Below, one piece after another: positions 1 to 9,862 of a stretch of 64,000 nucleotides of DNA. The DNA lies in the IMG/VR virus record IMGVR_UViG_3300028832_000096. One strand, written 5' to 3'. How positions within the stretch are numbered: the first letter of the stretch is position 1; each line of letters opens with the position of its first letter. The notes under the pieces are model-generated. The model was not told the DNA's origin. It did not search any database and saw only the letters and a program-made list of their open reading frames with translations. The stretch is from a virus (taxonomy: Duplodnaviria; Caudoviricetes). Both the position numbers and the translations under genes were made by a program.

Positions 1-958
1 GGACAAGATATTTTGTTTTACTAAGGTTCCATTCAATACCTCTGATTACTGTTTCCTTAGTTTCTGCAGGGAACTTAAATGCAGTTGAATCGTAGTCTAT
101 ATAAGCTCCGACATTCTGTGATACAAACTTAATATTATTAGAGGTAATAACAATTCCATCAGCAGGATACTGGTTGTACCAGCTATCTCTACATACTTTC
201 ATATCATTCATGAACTGAGTATCATCAGTATAGGTGATTCCACCTATAGGTACTACATTGTCTTCTCCATAATTAGTTATAAGCCAACTATGCATTGATT
301 GATAATCAGAAAAAGGATAAAGAGGGAATGGATATGACTGCATAGATTCAATGCCAATCACTCTATAGGTGATAATATCTAAATACTTAAGGTCATCGCT
401 AACCTCGTTCATTCCCATTAATCCTGCAGTGCTATTTCTAGCGTTTTCTGCATTTTCTCTAGTAGCTGAAAATTCATCGAACTTTGCAAAGGACATAAGA
501 ATTTCTCCTCTTACTGCTCCGGTGAATTCTTTATCGGCTATCTGAAAATAACTAGGAGCGATTTTCTTAACCTTATTAGTGATGTCGATTCCGATGTTAT
601 CACTTCCTCTAGTTAAAGCCTGATACATGATGCCATTTCTATAATACATTACGCAGCTTATACCATCTAACTTAAGAGATGTGCATACTGCGATATTTCT
701 AAGTGACTTAGGAAATTCATTCCAATCGTGGCACTTAGGCAAACTTCCTACTATTCCATATCTGTGCTGAAATTTCTGACCTGAAGTAAGGTTCACATCA
801 TATCCATGACCAACACCAAGCAATGGTGAGTTAGGATTTTCAGCTCTTTCCTCTTCGAGCAATGCATCAAACTCTGCATCTGTAAGAGGAGATGTTCCGT
901 TTGAATAATAGGCCTGTGATGCCTTCTTGATAAGTTCCTGTCTTGATACGCTATCCAT
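1..958 (-). CDS. ligA: NAD-dependent DNA ligase (N-terminal part; runs off window start)
   Basis: Manually translated: MDSVSRQELIKKASQAYYSNGTSPLTDAEFDAL...SLKLDGISCVMYY...ALTRG..GIDIT; KxDG adenylation motif; AAGGAG RBS within 961-970. Confidence 0.92.
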   Translation of the reverse strand, partial: MDSVSRQELIKKASQAYYSNGTSPLTDAEFDALLEEERAENPNSPLLGVGHGYDVNLTSGQKFQHRYGIVGSLPKCHDWNEFPKSLRNIAVCTSLKLDGISCVMYYRNGIMYQALTRGSDNIGIDITNKVKKIAPSYFQIADKEFTGAVRGEILMSFAKFDEFSATRENAENARNSTAGLMGMNEVSDDLKYLDIITYRVIGIESMQSYPFPLYPFSDYQSMHSWLITNYGEDNVVPIGGITYTDDTQFMNDMKVCRDSWYNQYPADGIVITSNNIKFVSQNVGAYIDYDSTAFKFPAETKETVIRGIEWNLSKTKYLV

Positions 959-969
959 ATTGTTCTCCT

Positions 970-1200
970 TTATAAATCTCTTATCTGGTTATCTAAATCT
1001 AATATAATTTCTACATACATCAGCAATTCGTCTGAGGGAGTGCTGCTCCAAGTGTCATCTGCAATTCTATAAGCAACTTCAAGTATTCTAAAAGCACCTC
1101 TGTGATTTAAGTGTATTATTTCATCTTTGCGCGGAATCACCGATGATTCGTATCGAACGAAAGGATTTTCATATCTATCGCAAATAACGATATTAGCCAT
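970..1200 (-). CDS. hypothetical protein
   Basis: ORF with AGGAGG RBS and motif-A promoter directly upstream. Confidence 0.7.
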   Translation of the reverse strand: MANIVICDRYENPFVRYESSVIPRKDEIIHLNHRGAFRILEVAYRIADDTWSSTPSDELLMYVEIILDLDNQIRDL

Positions 1201-1224
1201 TTCTTATGTCCTCCTATATGTACT

Positions 1225-1234
1225 ATAACGATTC
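1225..1234 (-). promoter_or_regulatory. phage promoter motif A (GAATCGTTAT)
   Basis: Intergenic copies at 1225, 9059, 9815, 10794, 13862, 18146, 19954, 25681, 32939, 37688, 55141 (minus) and 46235 (plus); always oriented toward the downstream genes. Confidence 0.75.
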
Positions 1235-1242
1235 GCAATAAA

Positions 1243-1276
1243 ATATCTCGCAAGTAGATGGGAACTTGCGAGATAT
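1243..1276 (-). terminator. intrinsic terminator
   Basis: 13-bp perfect stem ATATCTCGCAAGT/ACTTGCGAGATAT followed by TTTATT on minus strand. Confidence 0.75.
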
Positions 1277-1335
1277 CGGCGCAGGAGGTCTGAACCATAA
1301 ATGTCACAGCTATTTGGGTTCATATGTGACTGCAA
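1243..1335 (-). ncRNA. candidate small RNA (pseudoknot + anti-SD ACCUCCU + terminator)
   Basis: Motif-B promoter at 1344-1349; GUCACA/UGUGAC stem whose loop UGAACC pairs with downstream GGUUCA; no ORF. Confidence 0.4.
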
Positions 1336-1350
1336 TAATAATTAAGGTTG

Positions 1351-3150
1351 TTAAATCAGAATCATTATATCTCTGGCTTTTTCACAGTCCTTAACTCCTG
1401 CGAACACAAACTGAATATCAGTTAACTGACGCAGTGCAGTAAATGTGCTTTCAATAGATTCGGAATCCAGATGGTCAAACATATCGTCACAGAGCATCAA
1501 CTTGAGTGGTGATTTGTTATTATGTGTAATACATATCATTAATGCAAGTGTGTAAAGGCACTTTTCACCGGACGACAACAAGTCATAAGGAATATAGATA
1601 CCATCTCTGATTAGTCCAAAGCTGAAAGAATTCGCTTTGTTAGATATATTGAAATGTGCTTTGAGCTTGTCGTTTCCATACATCTGCTGAATATAGCCGG
1701 TCATTGTTTTTGCTAGTTCATCAAACGGTGCTATCATGAGTGTAGTCTGCAAGCCGTTAGTATCTGTTTTCTTAACCCAGTTTGCTAATGCCTGTCCTTG
1801 CAATTCTGCTTCAAACTTCAACTTTGTTATAGTGTCGATAGTTTCGTTGTACTTGATGTTTGCTTCAAGCTTTGTTTTGCTATTAGTGAGATTAGTTATT
1901 TCTATGTCTAAGTCCATAACAGACTTTTCTGTGTTAGGCTTCTGAGGAAGGTCTCCCATTGTCTTCTGAATAGTTACTAACCTGTTCCAAGTTGTCTGGA
2001 AGTCCTGAATCTTAGATTCGGTTTGCCTAATGCTTATCTGAATTGAATTCAGTTCTGTATTCAATTTGTCTAATTCTGCACTAGACTCTAACATAGCTGC
2101 TTTTCGCTCAACTGCTTCATTGCGTAATACATCAATTTTGTTAGCAATGGATTTACATTCTTCCTTAGTGTAAGGACATACTCCCTTGCTGTTGATTATA
2201 GAAGTGGAAGCCTGGTCCAATGCTTTACTTGCAGCAATTTCATTATTCTTTTCAGCGACCTTAGCGGAAATTGTAGAATACTGCTGCTTCAATTCAGCAA
2301 GTGAAAGCGTAAGTGAATCATATCCGTTCTTGCCTCCAAGGTCATTGATGTCCTTTTCAAGTCGAGCATACTCGTCTTTAGCAGCTCTAGTAGCATTCTC
2401 CGCTGATGTATACTTAATTAACTGGTCTCTGATTGCATTAAGCGAAAGCAAATTAGATTCAATCTCCTGAAGATTTGTAGGACCTACATAATCATCATAA
2501 TAGATGAGGGAATCTATTGTGTTTTGCAACCTCTGCAATTCTGACTTGTTGAATGACTGCTCTGCTTTGAATTTTTCATTAGCAGCAATTACCTGGTCAA
2601 GAACGCTATCACTTGGCAGGTCTTTAATAAGTCCCATACCATAATCAATGATTTCATCTCTATCTTGGAAGTTACAATCAAGTATACTTTCAGTAAGAAT
2701 CTGATGCCAATCTATTGAACCATTTGATGTAGGCAAAATGTTTTTGATAAAGTATTCTTTTAGCTTATTAGCGGTCTGCCCTACAAATTCATTAAAGTTG
2801 AAAATAGGAATTTCAAGTTCAGAAATAACATCAATAAGGTTAAAATCACTAGGAATTGTCGAAACCTTAGTAGCCTTTTCGTCAATAGCTCTTTCAATAA
2901 CAACATCGTTGTCATTAGCTGATAATGTAAGGCGAACTACTATCTTTCTTCTAGGTGAATGTCTCAGTAATGCTTCTCTTGAATTCTTAGCTGTTCCTGG
3001 AATATATCCAAGCAAAGCAAGCTGAATTGCTTGCAATACTGTAGATTTTCCAACACCATTGCGACCAAATAAATAAGCAATATCACCAAATTGATACGTC
3101 TTATTGACCGCATTGTGTAAGCCGTCTATATAAATTGATTTGATTTTCAT
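1351..3150 (-). CDS. SbcC/Rad50-like SMC ATPase
   Basis: Walker A GRNGVGKS, long coiled coil with central CPxxxxxC hook-like motif, signature LSSGEK, Walker B/D-loop LMLCDDMFDHLD. Confidence 0.88.
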   Translation of the reverse strand: MKIKSIYIDGLHNAVNKTYQFGDIAYLFGRNGVGKSTVLQAIQLALLGYIPGTAKNSREALLRHSPRRKIVVRLTLSANDNDVVIERAIDEKATKVSTIPSDFNLIDVISELEIPIFNFNEFVGQTANKLKEYFIKNILPTSNGSIDWHQILTESILDCNFQDRDEIIDYGMGLIKDLPSDSVLDQVIAANEKFKAEQSFNKSELQRLQNTIDSLIYYDDYVGPTNLQEIESNLLSLNAIRDQLIKYTSAENATRAAKDEYARLEKDINDLGGKNGYDSLTLSLAELKQQYSTISAKVAEKNNEIAASKALDQASTSIINSKGVCPYTKEECKSIANKIDVLRNEAVERKAAMLESSAELDKLNTELNSIQISIRQTESKIQDFQTTWNRLVTIQKTMGDLPQKPNTEKSVMDLDIEITNLTNSKTKLEANIKYNETIDTITKLKFEAELQGQALANWVKKTDTNGLQTTLMIAPFDELAKTMTGYIQQMYGNDKLKAHFNISNKANSFSFGLIRDGIYIPYDLLSSGEKCLYTLALMICITHNNKSPLKLMLCDDMFDHLDSESIESTFTALRQLTDIQFVFAGVKDCEKARDIMILI

Positions 3151-3364
3151 TCGGTACCTCCGTCAATTTGAACTGTGTTGTAAAATTAGTGCCACAAAAC
3201 TTGCAACTACCACTACCATATTTAAGCTCTAACTGACCTCCACATTTAGGGCAGGTCATAGCGTACACTTCAACTACTTCGCACTGAAGCTTATACCGCT
3301 TACCGTCAGGAGTGCATACTGTATTAATGTAACCGTCAAATTCTTTACCATCTTTATCAATCAT
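3101..3364 (-). CDS. zinc-ribbon protein
   Basis: CPKCGG...CKFCG. Confidence 0.6.
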   Translation of the reverse strand: MIDKDGKEFDGYINTVCTPDGKRYKLQCEVVEVYAMTCPKCGGQLELKYGSGSCKFCGTNFTTQFKLTEVPNENQINLYRRLTQCGQ

Positions 3365-3681
3365 CTTAGTACATCCTCAATAGGCAGACCTACGCGAATA
3401 CCGCAATTAGGACAAAATTTAGAACCTCTAGCTGCGTTAGCTTTTTTACATTTAGGACAGATATACTGAGTCCCACCTCTGTCTGTTTTAACTACCTCCC
3501 AAGATAGCCAAGTACTATTTACAGCATCGTTCATCTTTTTCCAGCAGTCATCACAAGCTGTATAGATAGGACCTATGCTATCTAATACTAAAGGAGCTAA
3601 TCCTTTACAGTAACCGATACAGTGATAATATGAATTAAGCTTTAACTCAGTGTGACAATAATCACAATGTATAGCAATCAT
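3361..3681 (-). CDS. zinc-finger protein
   Basis: CDYC, CDDC, CPKC, CPNCG. Confidence 0.65.
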   Translation of the reverse strand: MIAIHCDYCHTELKLNSYYHCIGYCKGLAPLVLDSIGPIYTACDDCWKKMNDAVNSTWLSWEVVKTDRGGTQYICPKCKKANAARGSKFCPNCGIRVGLPIEDVLR

Positions 3682-3841
3682 ATACTACCTCCGTGATTGT
3701 TTTTGGTTGGAATACTTCTACCCAACTCATCAGCAAGCTCCTTGCACTGCTTTTTAAATTCTTCAGGGTCACTGCTTGCCTTATTGCCGGTCAAGTATTC
3801 ATAGAGTTCAATTCTGAAAGCCTCATCAGCATCTGGATACA

Positions 3842-4168
3842 TTATGCTACCTCGTTGTATAATCTAACTTTACTTCTATCTTTATTAAACTCTAAAAACA
3901 TATGTGTTTCAGGGTCATGCAGTGTAATTGTAGAATAGTCGTCCAAGATAATGTTATTGTCCAATCTAACAAAACGATTCAAAGGAATCATAACATTATT
4001 TATTTTGAACCAGGTCATATTAAGTTTGTCGGAATCACTGTTATAGTTGTCTGCAAATTCAGCGAATCTATTTTTTCTAGATACGATAGTATACTCTACA
4101 GAATTCCATCTGCTAGCCCGCTCGAATTTTCTGCCACTATTTCTTTCAACAAGAACTTTACCCAACAC
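3842..4168 (-). CDS. hypothetical protein
   Basis: ORF with GGAGGT RBS, in operon. Confidence 0.6.
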   Translation of the reverse strand: MLGKVLVERNSGRKFERASRWNSVEYTIVSRKNRFAEFADNYNSDSDKLNMTWFKINNVMIPLNRFVRLDNNIILDDYSTITLHDPETHMFLEFNKDRSKVRLYNEVA

Positions 4169-4179
4169 AAGTTACCTCC

Positions 4180-4803
4180 TTAGTCACCAAATGTGCCTTC
4201 CATGATAGTGAGATTAATCCCGCGATGAATAAGTGTTTCCCAATCGCACGCAATAAATACTGCACCACCCTGACTGTTTCTCCTTATATCTAATTCTCCG
4301 ATAGATGTATCGTATCTGAGCATATCAAAGAAATCTTCTTCGTCTTTAAATGTTCTTGAAGACAACTGGTCTTTGATGTAATTGAACAATTCTACTGTTC
4401 TTATAACACCGACTGTACACTGAATTAATCCATTTACAGGAAATACATAGGCCTGTATAGTCCAAGTAGGATACATATCTCCATTCTGTATAGCTAACAG
4501 ACGCTTTTTTAATTCTGTATCAAAATTACCTCTATCTGTCAAAGCCCTAACAGTAAACGTATGCCAACAAGGACCATGCTGAATTCTGCTTGCAATTCCT
4601 TGAACTGTTTGATGCTGCTTGTCGATAGTTACCATATCAATTCCAGCAAACTGGTCCATCTTTGCTTTCAAGTCATCGCTATCTCCTTCGCAAACAACTA
4701 CATATGAATCTTTTGGGTCAAACATACCTGAATCATATAACTGCGGTTCTACATACTTTTGAAAATCTGCTGTAGCAGCTGTTAACTTATCTAATGTAAA
4801 CAT
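4180..4803 (-). CDS. hypothetical protein (possibly PD-(D/E)XK nuclease-like)
   Basis: DxxAGID...GIASRIQ...FTVR pattern; fold assignment tentative. Confidence 0.5.
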   Translation of the reverse strand: MFTLDKLTAATADFQKYVEPQLYDSGMFDPKDSYVVVCEGDSDDLKAKMDQFAGIDMVTIDKQHQTVQGIASRIQHGPCWHTFTVRALTDRGNFDTELKKRLLAIQNGDMYPTWTIQAYVFPVNGLIQCTVGVIRTVELFNYIKDQLSSRTFKDEEDFFDMLRYDTSIGELDIRRNSQGGAVFIACDWETLIHRGINLTIMEGTFGD

Positions 4804-4811
4804 CTATCACC

Positions 4812-6410
4812 TCAAAACCATTTGGCTATCTTATACACATATAAACGATTCTTAGCTCGTGTAATCGCTACATAGTAAAGATTACTCATCTCTTCACTGC
4901 TGTCGATTTGGAATGAATACGAACCAACATTCATAACGAATACATTATCATATTCCAGACCCTTTACAGAGTGTATAGTTCCTACATAAAGCTCAGACGA
5001 TTTGATTTCGGTAGCAGTTTCTTTGATATAATCTAAGAAATCTCGTCCAAACAATTCTTTATCTGGAACAGCGATACCTTTTACTTTAAGTAATTCCTCA
5101 GCTTCTTTAATCTTCTTAGCAATAGGCTTCGGGTCAGTTGCAATTGTTCTCAACTTGTTTATTTTCTTAGCATCGCTATCTATCTTAGTATTGTTGCCAT
5201 AAGTCTTAAGGAACCAATTGATGTCAGGAGCGCGCTGTGCTGATAACCTGATATACTCACCATACTTGTTAGATGTAAGATAGGAAGCTAACCAACCAAT
5301 CATGTATTCATCTGAAACAGCGCATTCAAGTAGATGTACTGTTTTAGTGTCTCGGCTTGAAGTATATTCGACATCATTTTTATTAAGATAAGAAGTTACT
5401 TCACTAAGCTCTTTATTAGTTCTTACAAGAATTGCAGAAGTTCCTGAAAGATTAGAAAGTTCTTTTAATACATCATCAATGCTATCTGTATTAATTGCTT
5501 CATATCTAGAAGGACCATCGACTATCTTAGTTACTACCTTTTCACCATCTCTAGTTCCTTTCATCTCAATGCGGTAAGAATCATCAGCATAACTTGCACT
5601 GAATGTATTTGCAAATTCACATATCTGATTTGTGGAACGATAGTTAGTGAAGAGTGTTATTTTCTCCCAACCTTCACTTCCTGAAAGGGCCTTGATATAG
5701 GTATTATCAGTGCCGCGGAAAGAATAAATGTTCTGCAAAGTATCTCCAACGAAGAAGAAATTTGTATCAGTAAATGAATTAAGGAACTTAATCTGATGTG
5801 CATCTGTATCCTGGAACTCATCTACAAATATGTATTTATACTGCATCTTGTAAGGTTTTGTAGAAATATGGTCAGCAGCAAACAGGTCTGCAACCTCACT
5901 ATTGAGTTTGTCAAATGTTATCAAGTTATCTTGACGAAGCAATCTGTAAACTGCTTTATCAAACAACTCAGCTTGGAACTGTTCCTTCTTAGACAACGCA
6001 TCTCTATGTGCTAACTGGTCGGAAGATAAAGTAATCTTGCACTGTGCTTTTGCTTTTTCAATTATCTCTTTTTCTTGAGCTTCCGATGCAATGTCCGGAA
6101 TACTCTCATAACCTAATCCAGAACGAATTGCAGGGTCTTTGCAAACAATTGAATAGCAGAATGAGTGAAATGTCCTGAATTCAGGCGTTAGCTGACCTAC
6201 ATGCTTAGTTTCGTATCTTTCACGCATCTCAGCACCTGCAGCATTTGTAAATGTTAACGCCAAAATAGCAGATGGAAGAACTCCATCGTCAACTAACTTA
6301 GATATTCTTTCGAGAAGAGTGAAACTTTTTCCGGCACCTGCTCCTGCCAAACAAAGTATTCTATCTGACTTAGAATTTATCGCCTGTAATTGTTCTTTAT
6401 TTGCGCCCAT
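4812..6410 (-). CDS. UvrD/PcrA-like SF1 DNA helicase
   Basis: AGAGAGKS, LTFTNAA, TFHSF, VDEFQD, VGDTLQNIYSFRG, NYRS, TIHSVKGLEY, YVAITRAK. Confidence 0.95.
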   Translation of the reverse strand: MGANKEQLQAINSKSDRILCLAGAGAGKSFTLLERISKLVDDGVLPSAILALTFTNAAGAEMRERYETKHVGQLTPEFRTFHSFCYSIVCKDPAIRSGLGYESIPDIASEAQEKEIIEKAKAQCKITLSSDQLAHRDALSKKEQFQAELFDKAVYRLLRQDNLITFDKLNSEVADLFAADHISTKPYKMQYKYIFVDEFQDTDAHQIKFLNSFTDTNFFFVGDTLQNIYSFRGTDNTYIKALSGSEGWEKITLFTNYRSTNQICEFANTFSASYADDSYRIEMKGTRDGEKVVTKIVDGPSRYEAINTDSIDDVLKELSNLSGTSAILVRTNKELSEVTSYLNKNDVEYTSSRDTKTVHLLECAVSDEYMIGWLASYLTSNKYGEYIRLSAQRAPDINWFLKTYGNNTKIDSDAKKINKLRTIATDPKPIAKKIKEAEELLKVKGIAVPDKELFGRDFLDYIKETATEIKSSELYVGTIHSVKGLEYDNVFVMNVGSYSFQIDSSEEMSNLYYVAITRAKNRLYVYKIAKWF

Positions 6411-6855
6411 TAGGGACCTCCAACTTCATTAATGCTCCGCAGTTTTCGCACTTTGGAGTATATCCTTCTTTATCTGTAGTATAATGAGTTCCACAACAAG
6501 GGCATACATATTCTCTTACAAGAGGATTGGTTACTTGTGCATCATCTTCAGGCGAACCTTCTTTAAGATAGTAATCTACCTCTGCGTGAAATCTATTAAC
6601 AATAACATCTATTGGCGCATCGCCAAATGTAAATTCTCTACCGTCAATTGCAAAAGAGAGTTTTACAGGTGCGTGGTATATTACATCTAATAACTGCCCA
6701 CGTTCACCTCGTATAGGTTCCTCATACAAATCTTTATAAGCTAAACAATATAACCCATCGATTGAATAATCTGAGCAAACATCCTTGATATAAAATCCTT
6801 TATATTTCAAGTTACGCCAATTTATCGTTCTTATAGAGTTGTCAAATACATTCAT
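6397..6855 (-). CDS. zinc-ribbon protein
   Basis: C-terminal CPCCG...CENCGALM. Confidence 0.65.
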   Translation of the reverse strand: MNVFDNSIRTINWRNLKYKGFYIKDVCSDYSIDGLYCLAYKDLYEEPIRGERGQLLDVIYHAPVKLSFAIDGREFTFGDAPIDVIVNRFHAEVDYYLKEGSPEDDAQVTNPLVREYVCPCCGTHYTTDKEGYTPKCENCGALMKLEVPNGRK

Positions 6856-6857
6856 TA

Positions 6858-7169
6858 TTATGCCTCAAACCCTGTTTTGCTATTGAATAATTCTGTATAG
6901 TTACTAACGATATAGTACGACCTATTTTCTTCAGGTTCGTAATATCTTGAACCGGGTGCGCTTCCATATATCCAAGTTCTTGCAACAATGCTATAAGGCC
7001 ATCTATTTGCAAGCTCAAAATCATTAAATGTAACAAGTGGAGGGTCACAGGTCTGCATAACATTGCTGTCCAGATTACGAGGATAGTTATCAAGAAACTT
7101 GTCAAACTCCTCTTTAGTTACTCTAATTTCATTAGGCTCTGCAGTATAAAACAATTTCCTATCTAACAT
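6858..7169 (-). CDS. hypothetical protein
   Basis: In-operon ORF. Confidence 0.55.
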   Translation of the reverse strand: MLDRKLFYTAEPNEIRVTKEEFDKFLDNYPRNLDSNVMQTCDPPLVTFNDFELANRWPYSIVARTWIYGSAPGSRYYEPEENRSYYIVSNYTELFNSKTGFEA

Positions 7170-7170
7170 A

Positions 7171-7356
7171 TTAATCCTTTTTATTATTTGTAATATTTAA
7201 AGACAATAAAAGTATATCATAACACTTGGTACAGCAATGTGCAGTGATATCGGGAGTATCACCAAAATCACTATCGATATGTATTGTGAAATATAATTTA
7301 TGTCGCGTGGTTCTTTTTAATTCTTCACCACATAAAATACAAACTGCATTATTCAT
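7171..7356 (-). CDS. small Cys-rich protein
   Basis: CILC...CTKC. Confidence 0.5.
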   Translation of the reverse strand: MNNAVCILCGEELKRTTRHKLYFTIHIDSDFGDTPDITAHCCTKCYDILLLSLNITNNKKD

Positions 7357-7361
7357 AATAT

Positions 7362-8018
7362 TTAGTTTTCCTTTTTAATACCTCGCATCTTATCTTTGGT
7401 CTTCCTAGAATTTAAGATATATTCCTTGTAGTCCTCATAGGAATTAAACTTGAGCTCTTTTCCGCTGGTTATGTTAATGTTAACGATTCTATCATCGTTA
7501 CACCATTCATAATTGTTTGCAGCAATTACTACATATAAATCAACATTGAAGCGTTCTTTAGCATCAGGAATAACTACATCTAGAAATAGCCCTTTGATTT
7601 CTGCTATCTCGTCTACTGACATACCAGAATCAATCGCATCTAAAAGCAGAAAAGCGGGTTTGTCCTTATTTTCTTTAAAGAACGACGGAAGGGCAACAAC
7701 GACTTTTTCAAGTCCGCATACAATTCGTTCACCTTCAGAAGATAAGACCATTCTCGCAAGCCCATAGATATCGTCATCGACATTAAGCATGCGGTCCATT
7801 AACATTGAACCGCCCTGTCTTCTATCATTATATGTGTAATACTCAATATTAGCTTTGCGTAACTGCGGAACTAAGAAACAATCTATTAAGGTTGATTTAC
7901 CGCTTCCATTGCAACCAACTAAACTAGTAAGGCCAGGACGCAGAATAAATTCCTTGCGGCTATACAACTTCATATCATCAAAAGGTTTAGTATGAACAGT
8001 TATTTTGAATTCAGTCAT
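7362..8018 (-). CDS. ABC/AAA-type P-loop ATPase
   Basis: GCNGSGKST, SSEGE signature-like, LLLDAIDSG Walker B. Confidence 0.8.
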   Translation of the reverse strand: MTEFKITVHTKPFDDMKLYSRKEFILRPGLTSLVGCNGSGKSTLIDCFLVPQLRKANIEYYTYNDRRQGGSMLMDRMLNVDDDIYGLARMVLSSEGERIVCGLEKVVVALPSFFKENKDKPAFLLLDAIDSGMSVDEIAEIKGLFLDVVIPDAKERFNVDLYVVIAANNYEWCNDDRIVNINITSGKELKFNSYEDYKEYILNSRKTKDKMRGIKKEN

Positions 8019-9053
8019 TGTCTTTTTCCTCTAATCCAGTTATTTCATAATCATATAGCTGAAAATCGCTTCTACAATAACCTTCGCCTTCTATCATAAG
8101 ACATCTTGCGTGCTCTCTTTGTTCTGCATTAAACGAAGTATACTGAGCTATGCTGAAAGCAATTTGAAGTCTAAGGTCAGGATTATCAACATTCTTATAC
8201 CGCTCAATTATTATTCCCTTCATCTGCCATGCAGTACTCCTTATTCTAAATATATTGATGTAAGTAGTTTCCAGACAAACTGTAAAAGGCTCATAACTAA
8301 GAAGAATAGAGCTAATGCTTCAGTATAACCTATTACTTCGGCAAGTACACACCAAAGCACTGTTATCACTAATGCAGAAACAATCTCTACAGGGTCATAG
8401 GTTTCATCCATGCGGGGACTGTTTATAGGTTCAGCTGTGATGTCAAATTTGAATATCTTTTTCATATCAATCAAATATGTCCATTAGCTTTTCTATCAAC
8501 GGAATTTCTCTACCCCACACTGAATAGAAATCATATCCGCTAATACCTAAGCGAGATATTTCAGAACAAGTAATTACAACTTCATGAGTATAACTATATA
8601 CTCTAGCAATATCTTCTGCGTTATGCTTTCCAAAATAGGTTCCTATAAGCTGGAATTCAGGCTTGTTAGCCATATAAGAATCTGAATACATAGGCATTAA
8701 AGATACATCATATCGAAAAGGTCCTGAGTGTATGTAAAGAGCTTCTTGTAGGATTTATTCTGCATCTTATACACTCTGTGCGTGCTCCGTGTGAACTTTG
8801 TCATTACTATGCGGTGCTTATAAGCCCAAGCACTCAAGCAGACAAACGCAGGATAGAATATCCTTCTGATGTAATTGAAATTGATTATGCAAACTGCAAG
8901 GACAAGAGATACAAACCAAACAAGAAGGAAAGGCTTTGTATATGTCCACCATTCAGCGCATTCTTTGATTCCAGATACCGCCAGGCCTGCGATAGCTGAA
9001 ATAGTTCCCAATGTGTAAACAATGATTTTCTTTACCATATTATTCACCTCCAC
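8011..9053 (-). CDS. cluster of four small hypothetical genes (8011-8223, 8241-8474, 8467-8697, 8697-9053), two with TM segments
   Basis: Overlapping/abutting ORFs below the motif-A promoter at 9059; hydrophobic stretches in 8241 and 8697. Confidence 0.55.
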
Positions 9054-9077
9054 TGTATATAACGATTCTGATTTTAT

Positions 9078-9776
9078 TTAATAATCTCCAGCCGCTAACT
9101 GGTCTGCAAACTGTGTAAGAATAACAAGTGGAATCTTATTTCCACATCTATTCAAATCATTAATGTCGTATGAAGTTACATCATAAGTATACATGTGCCA
9201 CCTAATTGCGGCCATTTCATCAAATGAAAGATTTGTAAGCGGAGTTGTACAAAACTGTGAAAGCATCATGAGGGACTGAGGTCCATGACCTAATCCAAGA
9301 TACTTATCGCTACACTTATACGCTAACTTTTCTTCCCAAAGCTGAGTCTTAGGATTCTTCTCATTCTTAATATATGATTCATATTTACCTATCTTACACC
9401 AATCATGGGTAAGTGCTACAAGTGTAGCTGATGCAATAGCAACCTTCTGAAAACTCTTTAGAGCATGCAGCTCTATCATCTTGTTGTAAACTTTAAGGGA
9501 ATGTAACAGAAGTCCTCCGTGAAAAGACTCATGATACTTTGTAGAAGCTGGTCCAGTATAAAAATCATTTGTTCTAAGCCATTCAATGATTGCTTTGATT
9601 GTAGGTATGACTTTTTCATATTCTGCATTATTTGCTCTCAAAGCAATAGAACCTGCAATAAGACTTTCATAGATAGAAATTCGAGCCTCTTGATGGTTAT
9701 TAACAATGTCCTGTTCCTGCCCTACCATTGCGATATACTTAGGCATATCAACAGCTAAGTTATCTAGATTAATCAT
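9078..9776 (-). CDS. HD-domain phosphohydrolase
   Basis: PASTKYH...GGLLLHS...LTHDWCK...GHG...AIRWHM...QFADQ. Confidence 0.88.
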   Translation of the reverse strand: MINLDNLAVDMPKYIAMVGQEQDIVNNHQEARISIYESLIAGSIALRANNAEYEKVIPTIKAIIEWLRTNDFYTGPASTKYHESFHGGLLLHSLKVYNKMIELHALKSFQKVAIASATLVALTHDWCKIGKYESYIKNEKNPKTQLWEEKLAYKCSDKYLGLGHGPQSLMMLSQFCTTPLTNLSFDEMAAIRWHMYTYDVTSYDINDLNRCGNKIPLVILTQFADQLAAGDY

Positions 9777-9782
9777 AAAAAT

Positions 9783-9830
9783 CCTCCTGAATCGTATTGG
9801 ATGTGGTGATGTATATAACGATTCAGGAGG
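9783..9830 (-). promoter_or_regulatory. RBS-sequestering inverted repeat overlapping promoter motif A
   Basis: Perfect 13-bp IR CCTCCTGAATCGT/ACGATTCAGGAGG; the 3' arm contains the AGGAGG of the HD gene. Confidence 0.65.
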
Positions 9831-9856
9831 CTGCTATAAGTATGTACTACATATAC

Positions 9857-9862
9857 AAGGTT
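9857..9862 (-). promoter_or_regulatory. phage promoter motif B (AACCTT + A/T-rich TATA-like tail)
   Basis: Intergenic copies at 1344, 9857, 10837, 12886, 18128, 36764, 43948, 46201, 53679, 55126, 63067; variants CACCTT at ~59611 and ~62163; many precede structural genes. Confidence 0.6.
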
